Source: Candidatus Bathyarchaeota archaeon (GTDB lineage Archaea; Thermoproteota; Bathyarchaeia; Bathyarchaeales; Bathycorpusculaceae). From it: 64,000 nucleotides of DNA. This document shows, one piece after another, positions 9,771 through 20,147 of the stretch (position 1 is the first letter of the stretch; every line of letters begins with the position of its first letter). The position numbers were made by a program, and so were the translations under genes. The stretch is from assembly GCA_963702095.1 (NCBI GenBank), contig OY969706.1, positions 608,001 to 672,000 on the forward strand, read 5' to 3'. The notes under the pieces are model-generated. The model worked only from the letters and a program-made list of their open reading frames with translations, was not told where the DNA came from and searched no databases.

Positions 9771-10637
9771 ATGATTATGAGTTTGGATGTGGCGTTTGAC
9801 TTGGATTTTTCGCTGTGTTGTGGGCAGGTTTTTCGGTGGAAGAAGCAGGAGGGCTGGTGGTTTGGCGTGGTTGGTGAGCATGTCTTCAAGATTCGGCAAT
9901 GTGGTAGCGAATTGGAGTTTGAGGGCGTCAGCGAAGCGTTTGTGAGGCACTACTTCGGCTTAAACGACGATTTAGGGCAAATCAGTCGATGCATCAACAA
10001 AGACTCCACCATCCAACAAGCGCTACAGCAGTTTGGCGGATTGCGGCTGGTGCGGCAGGAGCCTTGGGGCTGTCTCATCGGATTCATATGTTCTATCCAA
10101 AAAAATATCCCCGCTATCGAACAAATGCTACAGAAACTGTCGGCTAAATATGGCGAAAAACGGTGTTTTGGCGGCCAAGACTTCCACCTATTTCCTACAA
10201 TAGAGCGGCTGGCGAATGCAAGCGAAAACGGCTTACGCGAATGCGGGTTGGGGTATCGCGCTAGATATGTGCAGGGGACCGCCCGAAAAATCCATAATGA
10301 ACACCTCAACCTCGAAAACCTAAAAACCCTGCCCTATGCGGAAGCTCGGGATGTGCTGCTGGAGTTTTCAGGTGTGGGCTTCAAGGTTGCTGACTGCGTG
10401 CTGCTGTTTTCACTGGAGAAAACAGAGGCCTTCCCAGTGGATGTCTGGGTGAAACGGGTTATTTTAAACCACTATGCCGACCAGTTCCCGCCTGAACTGG
10501 TGAAGAAGATGCAAAGCCACAACTCTTTGAGCAACGGCGAGTACCTGAAAATCGGCGACTTCGCGCGAGGTTACTTTGGCAAATACGCAGGCTACGCACA
10601 GGAATACCTGTTCCACTTTGAGCGGACGCAACGTTAA
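9771..10637 (+). CDS. ogg: 8-oxoguanine DNA glycosylase (OGG1-type, HhH-GPD)
   Basis: CGQVFRW, GLGYRA, GVGFKVADCV, FPVDVW and YAGYAQEYLF motifs. Confidence 0.9.
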   Translation: MIMSLDVAFDLDFSLCCGQVFRWKKQEGWWFGVVGEHVFKIRQCGSELEFEGVSEAFVRHYFGLNDDLGQISRCINKDSTIQQALQQFGGLRLVRQEPWGCLIGFICSIQKNIPAIEQMLQKLSAKYGEKRCFGGQDFHLFPTIERLANASENGLRECGLGYRARYVQGTARKIHNEHLNLENLKTLPYAEARDVLLEFSGVGFKVADCVLLFSLEKTEAFPVDVWVKRVILNHYADQFPPELVKKMQSHNSLSNGEYLKIGDFARGYFGKYAGYAQEYLFHFERTQR

Positions 10638-10676
10638 AATGCCATAGCCAAGCAATACCTGACAGGGTGCATACGG

Positions 10677-10928
10677 ATGAGTGAAGGCAAAATTACCCAG
10701 TTAATCAAGCAGAAAAGAGATTTTTTGAAGCAAGCAACAAAAGACTATGCAGCGGGCGGACGTGATATGCTTGACGACGTCGAAGCATTAATGGCGGAGG
10801 CTAAGGCGGAGCTCGCACATAACGTGGAGCTTGCCAGCGTTCTGAGGGAAGAGGATGAGGCTGAGTGGCAGAAAGAGTGCCTATCAATGTATCTTGCATG
10901 GTATGAGAAATGGTTCGGTAAAGCCTAA
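10677..10928 (+). CDS. Small hypothetical protein
   Basis: 83-aa helical ORF with ATG start, co-oriented with its neighbours. Confidence 0.55.
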   Translation: MSEGKITQLIKQKRDFLKQATKDYAAGGRDMLDDVEALMAEAKAELAHNVELASVLREEDEAEWQKECLSMYLAWYEKWFGKA

Positions 10929-11108
10929 ACTGTGTTTTCTATTGTTTGTTGTTGCTGGGAACCCCTATACACAACAACAACCAGGGGCGTTTGGGGGCAA
11001 CTGTGTTTTTACATCAGGCTGCAGGGATGATTGCGGGCTGGTTGTGGCGGTTTCCGCAAGCAGTGCAGAGGAGTTCTCTGGAGGCATCTGAAAGGCTGCT
11101 TTGCCTGC

Positions 11109-11134
11109 GTTCCACTTTGGAACGGCTATGTTCC
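11109..11134 (+). promoter_or_regulatory. Putative operator GTTC-N7-GAAC-N6-GTTC
   Basis: GTTCCACTTTGGAAC ggctat GTTCC upstream of 11185; same geometry as the sites near 24272-24296 and 28893-28917. Confidence 0.6.
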
Positions 11135-11184
11135 GTCAGCAGAGCTAATAGCCGCTTCAACCTAATGCTGAATCGGCGAAAAAC

Positions 11185-12372
11185 ATGAAAATCGCACCAA
11201 AACTAATCCTATGCGCAACACTCTCACTGCTAATTGGAATAGCAGTTACAGCACCACTCCTCGCATCCGAACTAAACATCCGCCCGTGGACAACCCATGT
11301 ACAGGGACCAACCGCACCCTTTGACCTCGACCTAGTCTACGCCAACTTCACCATACAAAACCCCGACGCACCCATCACCCAAACCAGTGGACCAACCATC
11401 AACTACTATGCAGTAGTCAACGTAACCAACCCCTCCGACCATCGCGCCCTACTGCTTGGAACAGACTTCTGGGCAGGACAAAAAATCCTAAACGTCACCG
11501 GACAAGCCCCATTTGGCATGGAAGGCAACTGGAGCACCGGTGAAGGCTGGGAAGCCAAAGGCGCCTGGGTCGACGGCGTATGGTACAATGTCACCTACAC
11601 AAACGACCAGTATCCATTCTTCGACGCAGACGGCATAATGACAGAGTCACCTTTCCCCGCACCTTCATCTGAAGGACACTGGATGGAAGGAGTCCAAGTC
11701 TACGAGCGCACGATGCACACTGAAGACGGCACAACTACCACCAGCACCTACCTGAACATGAATGGAACATGGACAGACGTAACCGGCAGAATCACCGTTG
11801 ACAAAGCAGAAAGCGGTCCAGCCTACAGCATGGCTGGTCCAATCGCTGACCAACACATATCCTACCAAAGCGGCTCAACTACTAGCTTCGGAACAAGTGT
11901 CCAGTTTAACGGAACAGACGTTACCAACACTACTGATACGAGAATTAACATAGTGAGCTCTGTAGGCACCGACGGCACCATCGGTTACTCCACAACGAAA
12001 GACATCAACACAGGCGCAGACGCATTCGACAACCACTTTGCACCAGGCGAATCACGACTAATCGTGGTTTACGGCAGTTGGGAAGTCCGATCAGACTGGG
12101 TGACCATGAATGGAAATGGCTTCATAAACCCGGTTTCGGTCATCCAATCTGGCAGTGTACAAACAAAAACCATGGCACACAGCGTAGTTGACATGAACCC
12201 TGTCGCAGGCGACAACACTTTCATCGACCTTTGGTCAGACGCCGTAGAAGTACAGCAGCTCCCACTAACACAGGTAGGCAACAGCTACATCTACAACGCA
12301 GTCCTCAGCAGCAACCAAATGTTTAGGCTTGACCAATCCGGCGCAGAAGCCTTCATCGTAAACCAGAGGTAA
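11185..12372 (+). CDS. Secreted or surface hypothetical protein
   Basis: N-terminal hydrophobic segment KLILCATLSLLIGIAVTAPL, similar to that of 23499-24215; Thr/Asn-rich with many N-x-S/T sequons. Confidence 0.75.
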   Translation: MKIAPKLILCATLSLLIGIAVTAPLLASELNIRPWTTHVQGPTAPFDLDLVYANFTIQNPDAPITQTSGPTINYYAVVNVTNPSDHRALLLGTDFWAGQKILNVTGQAPFGMEGNWSTGEGWEAKGAWVDGVWYNVTYTNDQYPFFDADGIMTESPFPAPSSEGHWMEGVQVYERTMHTEDGTTTTSTYLNMNGTWTDVTGRITVDKAESGPAYSMAGPIADQHISYQSGSTTSFGTSVQFNGTDVTNTTDTRINIVSSVGTDGTIGYSTTKDINTGADAFDNHFAPGESRLIVVYGSWEVRSDWVTMNGNGFINPVSVIQSGSVQTKTMAHSVVDMNPVAGDNTFIDLWSDAVEVQQLPLTQVGNSYIYNAVLSSNQMFRLDQSGAEAFIVNQR

Positions 12373-12377
12373 ATGAC

Positions 12378-12860
12378 ATGGCTGACTTGGACTGTGGAGA
12401 ACTCGAAGGAAACACCCTCAACGTGTACGCCTTCGTCGTGAAGGAAGGTAAACCTGTGGGTCCACGCGAAGTTATGCGTGGCGCCAACCTCAGCAGCCCA
12501 AGCACAGCGTATCGGCAACTGCAGAAGCTAGAATCCCTCGGCTTAATCAAGAAAAACGTGTATGGCGCATACGTTGCAAAGGAGAAAGCCAGTGTTAGCG
12601 GGCATGTGTGGGTCGGCAAAAACCTCGTGCCCCGTCTAATCTGTTACTCCCTCTTTTTCTTTGGCATCTTCAGCGTTGAGGTTGCGATTTTGCTGGTTCA
12701 GTTTTTCTTTCAAGGGCAGGCACCTAGTTTAGCTGTCCTTTATCTGGTTCCTATTACGGCTGGTTCAGCAGGGCTCTTTTTGGCAGAGGGTTTGATTCTT
12801 TGGAAACGCAGCAAGCCAGATAACACCCCAAAAAGCGAGGGTAGCACCGTATCAAATTGA
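12378..12860 (+). CDS. Membrane-anchored winged-helix transcription regulator (wHTH plus 2 TM)
   Basis: LEGNTLNVY...GPREVMRGANLSSPSTAYRQLQKL HTH followed by two hydrophobic helices; paralog of 23013-23480. Confidence 0.75.
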   Translation: MADLDCGELEGNTLNVYAFVVKEGKPVGPREVMRGANLSSPSTAYRQLQKLESLGLIKKNVYGAYVAKEKASVSGHVWVGKNLVPRLICYSLFFFGIFSVEVAILLVQFFFQGQAPSLAVLYLVPITAGSAGLFLAEGLILWKRSKPDNTPKSEGSTVSN

Positions 12861-12929
12861 TTGATAACCAATACAAGTAAACTTCATAAGGCTCGGCAAA
12901 GCTTGAAGTCAGAAAGTAAGGTTGGGCTG

Positions 12930-14337
12930 ATGAGAAGATCACTTGCATATGTCCTATTTGCTATCATTATTACTGCATCCATAGTAGCGGTATCCCTCAC
13001 AGTACTCTCAAAAAAAAGGAATTCTATGTTGGGGTAACTTACTGCGGAGACACCGTTGCTGGGGCAAAACAGTTAATTGACAAAGTACAGAACAACACTA
13101 ACCTCTTTGTGCTCCAATCAGGGTCGCTGCTGCGAAACGTTGACGCCATCAACGAAAAGGGGACTACGCCGTAAACGCTGGGTTGCACTACATTGTCTAT
13201 TTTGGGACAGATAGCGCTTGGGTGATGAATACGTGGCGAGAAAGTTATAACGGAAGCTGGGGAGACAAGTTTTTGGGGATTTATTTCGGGGATGAGCCAG
13301 GCGGAAAAATGTTAGATAGCGATAAATCGTTCTATGATCAGGTGTCTCAGAGTTATATTGGGAAAGACCGCTTTGGCATTCGATGGGAAATCGACAATGA
13401 AACGCTTGCAGCATACTTGCCAGATGGAGTCATCACATTAACTATTACTCCACCCTCTAGCGTGAATGGCGCAGACCGTTATGACGTTAACTTTTATCCG
13501 AATGGAACAGTAACAAATACAACGTACACACCGCAAAAGGACCCAGAGAACCCAAACCAAACAACCTTTATTCCCACTATCGTAACCGTGAAAGACCACT
13601 CAACCTTAAACTACACCTACCAAGAACTCTACAACGCACGCCCATTCCAAACCATTGAAGAAACCGCCCAGAGATTCGTCAACGCAACCAAATCAGCCCT
13701 CAACAATTTCGGCCCTGTCAACGGCACTTTTCTTACCTCGGATTACAGCCTCTACTGGTACGATTATTTAGGGGGCTACGATGCGGTGCTTGCGCAACTC
13801 GGTTGGAACCACACTTCGGTCAAAGATATTGCGCTTGTTAGGGGCGCCGCAGACTTGCAGGATAAAGATTGGGGCACAATTATAACTTGGAAGTATATGC
13901 AGGCGCCGTATTTAGCCAGCGGAGACGAAATCTACGATCAAATGCGGCTTTCGTATGAATGCGGAGCCAAATATGTCGTCGTCTTCAATTATGCGCCAAA
14001 CATGACCGCACCATATGGGACACTGCAAGATGAGCATTTTGAGGCTCTGCAACGCTTCTGGACAGATATAAAAGCCGGCAACATTAAACAGGGAGAAGTT
14101 AAAGCAGACACCGCATTCGTATTGCCCCATAACTATGGTTCAGGCCTAAGAAGCCAAGACGACATCATTTGGGGACTGTGGACGGCAAACGCGACTGACA
14201 GCCAAATTTGGCAACGCATGCAAGATGCATTGTCGGTTCATGGAGAAAAACTTGATGTAGTCTACGAAGACTCAGCGTTTCCGGCGGCGGGCGGCAAATA
14301 TTCGCAGGTTATTTACTGGAACCAAACAGGCAGCTAA
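12930..14337 (+). pseudogene. Secreted hypothetical protein with two frameshifts (A8 at 13010-13017 and ~13155-13163); may be sequencing errors
   Basis: Signal peptide MRRSLAYVLFAII from 12930, then EFYVGVTYCGD...NLFVLQSG in a second frame, then DYAVNAGLHYIVYFG joining ORF 13183-14337. Confidence 0.65.
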
Positions 14338-14440
14338 TCGCTGAAGGCTTAGGAAAACAACTCTGATAACCAAACGCCGACGTGTAACCCCAAAAACGTT
14401 TAAATCTATTCAGAAACAGCAATACTAACAGACTCTCGGT

Positions 14441-14519
<79 letters not shown>

Positions 14520-14592
14520 ATCTTCTACCGCATGCTCAAACAGGGGGTGGCATCAACTGTTTTGACGGTGTAATCGCTGGAAAAAGCCCTCC

Positions 14593-15597
14593 TCAGATGG
14601 TTGATATATGTTGTTGTTGTGAGGGCCACCGGTCGGGAATTTTTCTAAGGCTGGCATCGAACTTTGTTACCTGATGGATTTTGGCAATTTGATCCTGCAA
14701 AACGAATAATTCTGCGACATCTCTAATCAACGCGGTTCCGTGAAGATCATATTCGCCGCTTGCCGTCATAATACTTGTTACGTTAGGTATCTTTGCGATT
14801 GATTCGAGAATGCTGCCCGACAAACTGTTGGACGCTGCAAACGCTATGTTGAAATCTAATATCGAGGAGTATCCAATCACATTTGGGTTTATCTGGATTG
14901 AAACCTTGATTGAACCTCTCTCCTTAAGCCTATTGTACCTTTTTATGACTGTTTCTACGGATACTCCTGCTTGTTTGGCTATTTGGCTAAAAGGGGTACG
15001 GCCATTCAGGACAAGCTTTGCCGTGATTTGTTTATCAAGTTCATCAACAAAGGCGTCCTGTGCGCAAACATTTGGCTTATTGGTTGGTGCTGTTTGGCTA
15101 TCTTGCTCAACGTATCGGGGGATGCCGTTAAGGTTGAGGTTTTCAGGTGTGTTTCTGACGCCTGTCCAAAGATATGTCTTCAACACTGTAGTAGGTAATC
15201 TCTGCTTTAATATCTGTTTTATCTGGTCCAGTTCATTTAGGTCCCTTAAGGTTGTAACTGCTCTAATATTGTAAACGCTATTGTATTGTCGGCTGGCTCG
15301 TACTTCCGATATTTTCTCCAAGAATTCCATAACTTGTTCAATCTGGTCCATGTTGACGCTTATTAGGACTGTGGCAATCGCAACTACCCCAAAATGACTG
15401 TAATTAATTTGAGTCGTGGCGCCTTTAACTATTCCTTTTTTCTTCATTACCTCATAACGTTTCCATGCAACATTTTCGGTAACTTTACATGCTTTTGCTA
15501 ACTCTCCAAAGCCAGTCCGACCGTCTTTTAAAAGGATCTTTAGTATCTGTGCGTCGAGGTCGCTGACTTTGCCTATCGGTTTCACTCGCTTCCGCAT
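14593..15597 (-). CDS. Tandem (double) Lrp/AsnC-family regulator
   Basis: Two HTH-AsnC units (LDAQILKILLKDGR and LDKQITAKLVLNGRTPF), each followed by a RAM-like domain. Confidence 0.85.
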   Translation of the reverse strand: MRKRVKPIGKVSDLDAQILKILLKDGRTGFGELAKACKVTENVAWKRYEVMKKKGIVKGATTQINYSHFGVVAIATVLISVNMDQIEQVMEFLEKISEVRASRQYNSVYNIRAVTTLRDLNELDQIKQILKQRLPTTVLKTYLWTGVRNTPENLNLNGIPRYVEQDSQTAPTNKPNVCAQDAFVDELDKQITAKLVLNGRTPFSQIAKQAGVSVETVIKRYNRLKERGSIKVSIQINPNVIGYSSILDFNIAFAASNSLSGSILESIAKIPNVTSIMTASGEYDLHGTALIRDVAELFVLQDQIAKIHQVTKFDASLRKIPDRWPSQQQHISTI

Positions 15598-15762
15598 GCT
15601 AACAGCTATTGATGCATTTATTATTAAGCTTCTTGGTTTGTAGAAATTTCCGCCAATATGTTCTGCTTTTTGGCGACTGATTTAACTTTTTCGGGCTTTT
15701 TTGCAAAGTCTTATAAATACCTTCGGTAAATAGCTAATTTTACGCAATAAAGGAGAAAAAAC

Positions 15763-18291
15763 ATGTTAAAATGCACTATACAACAAAAGAAAGCGTTAGC
15801 TATATTGCTAATACTATCTTTCGCAGCTTCAATGATAATGACAATACCCACAACAACCGCACAAGCAGGCACTCAAGCAACTTATCCATTTATCGAAACA
15901 ATCCCTAACGTCGCAGGAGTAGGACAACACGTTATCGTACGTTTCGGTATTCTGCAAGCTTTAGCGAACACTTATCTCGGCTGGAAAAACATAACTGTCA
16001 CAGTCGTTGACCCCGACGGTCAAACATCAACTCTGCACTTCACAACTGACTCAACAGGCGGAACCACAACGATCTACACTCCAACGAAAGTTGGCACATA
16101 CAAATTTACAACGAACTTCCCAGAACAGACAATGCCCGAAGACATCTTCGACATGGAGCGAGGCGCATTCATACCAGCAGGCACAATCATGAAAGCAAGC
16201 ACCAGCGTAACAATCGATCTCGTAGTAAACGAGAACATGCCACCAACATATCCAGAGCAACCACTTCCGACAGACTATTGGACACGACCAATAGACGCCC
16301 AACTCATAAACTGGGCTACAGTTTCGGGAAACTGGGTTGCCAGACCAAATAATGACATCGCACTCTACAACGACTATGCACCTGAAACACCACACGTACT
16401 ATGGTCAACACCATTGACATACGGAGGCTTAGCTGGAGGACTATACGGTGATGATTTAATTGCAGCTGGATCCCCGACAGGAGACGCATACGAAGGCAAA
16501 TTCGTGAATACAGTGGTAATTCACGGAGTAGTCTACTATAACTTAGGGAGTGTAGCGAATCAAAACGGAATCAACGCAGTCGACATACATACAGGCAAAG
16601 AACTTTGGACTAAAAACAATACATACCTATCCTTTGGTCAGACTTTCTTCTTCCACGGCTTCAACTACGACGGCACATTCGACTACCTATGGGATACTTC
16701 AAGCGTACCCGGCACATGGAATGCATATGATCCCTTCTCAGGTGAATGGTCATATTCAATGACAGACGTACCTTCTGGCACACAAACTTATGGACCAAAC
16801 GGTGAAATCCTAATCTACGTCATCGACTATACTCACAATTGGATGGCTCTTTGGAACTCAACCGCTTGCGGACAGCAAGACTCTCAAGGCGGCTACGCTC
16901 TTGGCGCAAACATGGGCAGTTGGGGCGATCAGGTTTACGGCAAAACTTTCAACGCATCGAATCCATTAAGCTACTCATGGAACGTAACAATTCCCGCAGG
17001 ATTAACAGCTGGGTCTTCGTTCTTTGTACCAATTCTGAAAATTTTCCCTGACCGAGTAATGTCTATCGACTTCAACCAAACACGCGTAAGAGTTTGGGGA
17101 GTAAGCACATTACCAGCATCAAGAGGACAATTGCTATTCGATAAAACATGGCAAGCACCATCTGAATGGTTAGACGGCTTCAACACTATACACTATGCAG
17201 GCGCAACCGACCTAGCTCAAAACGGCGTTATTGCAGTATGGGATAAAGAACTACAGAAATTCTATGGCTTTAGCACAGAAGACGGCAGCTATCTATGGAC
17301 AACCGGCGGCGAATATTGGTCAGATGCTTACGGCTGGGGCAACGTTGAACACACATGGTACTTCGCATATGATCACCTCTACTCAGTAGGCGTTGGCGGC
17401 ATCGTATACGCATACAACCTCGGTACAGGACAAACTGACTGGACATACAACATGACTGATCCCTATGGAGAACCCGTATCTGGCAATAACTGGTGGGGAT
17501 GGATACAATTGATCGCTAACGGCATGATCTATGTAGGCACCACAGAGCACTCTGCTAACATGCCTTACCCACGCGGCGGACCATTCATCTGTCTCAACGC
17601 TACAGACGGCACTGAAATCTTTAGAGTAAACGGCATGATGCGCGCGACCCGTTGGGGCGGAAACGCAGTAATGGGCGACAGTACAATCGTAGGCATGGAT
17701 ACATACGACCAACAAGTCTGGGCTATAGGCAAAGGACCCTCTGTAACTACAGTGACGGCAGGACCCAAATCCACTATGATGGGCGGCAGTGTAATCATCG
17801 AAGGCACCGTTATGGACGTATCTCCTGGCACATCAAGTGACAACTTGGCACTCCGCTTCCCAAGTGGTGTTCCAGCAGTCTCTGATGCAAGCCAAGGCGA
17901 TTGGATGCTCTATGTCTACAAGCAGTTCGCTAAGCCATCAAACGCTACAGGCGTCGATGTAACCTTCAGTGTAATCGATGCAAACGGAAACTTCCGCGAC
18001 ATTGGCCACACTACAAGCGACGCAAACGGCTACTACAGCTTCAGCTGGATGCCAGACATATCAGGCAAATACACAGTTTACGCTAACTTCGCAGGCTCTA
18101 ACAGTTACTGGCCATCATATGCAGAAACAAGCTTCGCAATCGACGAATCAGCCTCAACACCTGCACCAACCGATGCACCTTCAAACTATGCGACAACTTC
18201 AGACCTCATGATGTACATAGTCGGCGCAACAATCGCTATAATCATAGCAATCGTAGTTGTTGGCTTACTGCTGCTTAGAAAACGAGCATAA
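15763..18291 (+). CDS. Large membrane-anchored PQQ-like beta-propeller surface protein
   Basis: Signal peptide, A.D..TG..LW repeats, Ig-like C-terminal domain, Pro/Thr linker and a C-terminal TM ending LRKRA. Confidence 0.85.
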   Translation: MLKCTIQQKKALAILLILSFAASMIMTIPTTTAQAGTQATYPFIETIPNVAGVGQHVIVRFGILQALANTYLGWKNITVTVVDPDGQTSTLHFTTDSTGGTTTIYTPTKVGTYKFTTNFPEQTMPEDIFDMERGAFIPAGTIMKASTSVTIDLVVNENMPPTYPEQPLPTDYWTRPIDAQLINWATVSGNWVARPNNDIALYNDYAPETPHVLWSTPLTYGGLAGGLYGDDLIAAGSPTGDAYEGKFVNTVVIHGVVYYNLGSVANQNGINAVDIHTGKELWTKNNTYLSFGQTFFFHGFNYDGTFDYLWDTSSVPGTWNAYDPFSGEWSYSMTDVPSGTQTYGPNGEILIYVIDYTHNWMALWNSTACGQQDSQGGYALGANMGSWGDQVYGKTFNASNPLSYSWNVTIPAGLTAGSSFFVPILKIFPDRVMSIDFNQTRVRVWGVSTLPASRGQLLFDKTWQAPSEWLDGFNTIHYAGATDLAQNGVIAVWDKELQKFYGFSTEDGSYLWTTGGEYWSDAYGWGNVEHTWYFAYDHLYSVGVGGIVYAYNLGTGQTDWTYNMTDPYGEPVSGNNWWGWIQLIANGMIYVGTTEHSANMPYPRGGPFICLNATDGTEIFRVNGMMRATRWGGNAVMGDSTIVGMDTYDQQVWAIGKGPSVTTVTAGPKSTMMGGSVIIEGTVMDVSPGTSSDNLALRFPSGVPAVSDASQGDWMLYVYKQFAKPSNATGVDVTFSVIDANGNFRDIGHTTSDANGYYSFSWMPDISGKYTVYANFAGSNSYWPSYAETSFAIDESASTPAPTDAPSNYATTSDLMMYIVGATIAIIIAIVVVGLLLLRKRA

Positions 18292-18323
18292 AACACAAGA
18301 AACAAATCAATTTCCCCTTTCTC

Positions 18324-18468
18324 TTTTTTTGGGAACTAAAATGCAAAGGTGAATATGAGGGCTGAGAAGGCTCTGGAATAATATTGGCAGTAACGGGTAG
18401 TTGAGAATGGTTTAGTTGCATTTTCCATTCTTCTCTCCTTAGACGGGTTCCGGAGCCCCAGCAAACCA
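18324..18468 (+). repeat. Structured intergenic repeat, family B, copy 1
   Basis: Shares an identical 26-mer gaatggtttagttgcattttccattc and flanking stems with 22837-22985. Confidence 0.8.
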
Positions 18469-18558
18469 TACCCAAATTGGCATCTCGATCTATCTGTTTG
18501 GGATTAAAGGGCTTGTTTGGGGTTTATCAGTTGTTTTAGGGTGCCACTGGCTGTTCTC

Positions 18559-19455
18559 TTATTCTATTTCTTTCATTCCTTTAATGGGTGAAATGATGTA
18601 ATTGTGTTTGCTGGTGTCATAGAGGTTCTGGTCTTCGGTTGCTTCGTTCCAGAGTCGTTCGAAGTAGTCTTGAAGTACAGCGACTAGGCATGGGTTGTCC
18701 GAGTACAGTCTGGGCGTCTCTCTAGGTTTAGAAGCTGCTGCAACCCTTATTAAAACCCGTTTCCTATCGTCTATTCTGATTGTGGTTAAGGGTTCTTTAG
18801 AAATTATCCTTAATTCAATTTTCCACTTTCTATTTCTTTTTTGGCTGAGGATTTTGGGAAGATCTTGTCCTTCTTTAGGTTTGTTTGTGATTACTCTAAG
18901 CTTCACTTTTTTATCCATTAGTGCTTGGATTAATTCAGAGTCTTTTACTATTCTGCGCCTGAATAGATCAAATGAATCTAGAATATCTATACTATTCTCG
19001 GTAATCTTCGCGGCAACTTCTAATTTATGAATTAATGATTGTTCATTTTGGATTAGGTTGAATATGTATTCATTGGATGATTTGTTTGCAATTTGCTTGG
19101 TTCCAAAATGCGTTAATAGTTTTTTTGCTCTTCCTTTAAGGAGGTCGTACTCTTGAGCTCTTTCTTTTAATAGGGTTGCTAAGCAATCTTGTAGTGGAAG
19201 GGCTCTGAATTCGGCAGGTGAAGTTATTAATTTTTCTACTATCCCTTTTCTTTCTAGGTCATATATTGTCCGGTAGATGTCTTGCCTGTTTACTTTTGAT
19301 GTTTTCCAGATTGCTTGGGCTTTCGATTGTCCTAAGCTTAGCAGGGCTAGGTAGACTTTTGCTTGTGTGCTGTTGAGCCCTAGGGCTATTAGGGCTTCTG
19401 TGTCAGGGTCCTTGAGGTCCATTCTTGCCCTAACACCCTGATGCAACGTAGCCAA
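18559..19455 (-). CDS. TrmB-family transcription regulator (start possibly 19422)
   Basis: LGLNSTQAKVYLALL...IYRTIYDLERKG HTH plus a PLD-like effector domain (FERLW). Confidence 0.85.
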   Translation of the reverse strand: MATLHQGVRARMDLKDPDTEALIALGLNSTQAKVYLALLSLGQSKAQAIWKTSKVNRQDIYRTIYDLERKGIVEKLITSPAEFRALPLQDCLATLLKERAQEYDLLKGRAKKLLTHFGTKQIANKSSNEYIFNLIQNEQSLIHKLEVAAKITENSIDILDSFDLFRRRIVKDSELIQALMDKKVKLRVITNKPKEGQDLPKILSQKRNRKWKIELRIISKEPLTTIRIDDRKRVLIRVAAASKPRETPRLYSDNPCLVAVLQDYFERLWNEATEDQNLYDTSKHNYIISPIKGMKEIE

Positions 19456-19821
19456 ATCTGCTGTGAGAATCGACTAATGCGATCATCTCTTCTACGGTTT
19501 GCATTTTTCTTCCTTTCATTTTTCTATCAGAATCAGATTTAAGCCTGCCTCACCTGACGTGAATGCATGAAGTATTAAAGATCCAATCGCTAGCCTGCTA
19601 AACATGATGGTGCTTATTGCGCCAGCAGGGTTAATTACTGCTTGGGTTTTCTTAGCATCTAAACCTCTTTTTTCTCTGTAAAGGCATTCTAAAGTTCAGA
19701 TTGATTTTGCTTTAACTGTTTTCCCGACACCACACCTACTGCGTTAGCACTGTCTGGAGTCGGAACTACTTTGTATCTGTGGTCATTAAACTTCCGTAGT
19801 AGCAATCGATGAAACAATCCC

Positions 19822-19915
19822 TTTCCCTTTTTATTGGCACCCAAATGCAATAGGTGATATGTGATTTGAGTGGGCTCTGAATGAAAAATAACGGTTGCGG
19901 CTGAGGAATGATTAT
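19822..19915 (+). repeat. Partial (5' half) copy of repeat family B
   Basis: tgagtgggctctg...aaaaataac..gttgcgg.tga.gaatg matches 22878-22921. Confidence 0.6.
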
Positions 19916-20147
19916 TCTTCGTTTCTGCCTGTTTTCTCGGAAGCAATTCCTTATTTCGATCTCGCCCTTTCCATTTTTCTAACGTCTTCTTCTTGATTTC
20001 ATTTCCGGATTTTATTATTTTTTACTACTTTCCACTTATTTTTTTCTATTTTTGTAGGCGTATCGATCTACGGCAAGTACTTAAATTTCAAGTGAAGGAC
20101 ATGAGGAGCTACAAAATGGAAAGCCATTTTGCAAAAGAGGTTTATAA

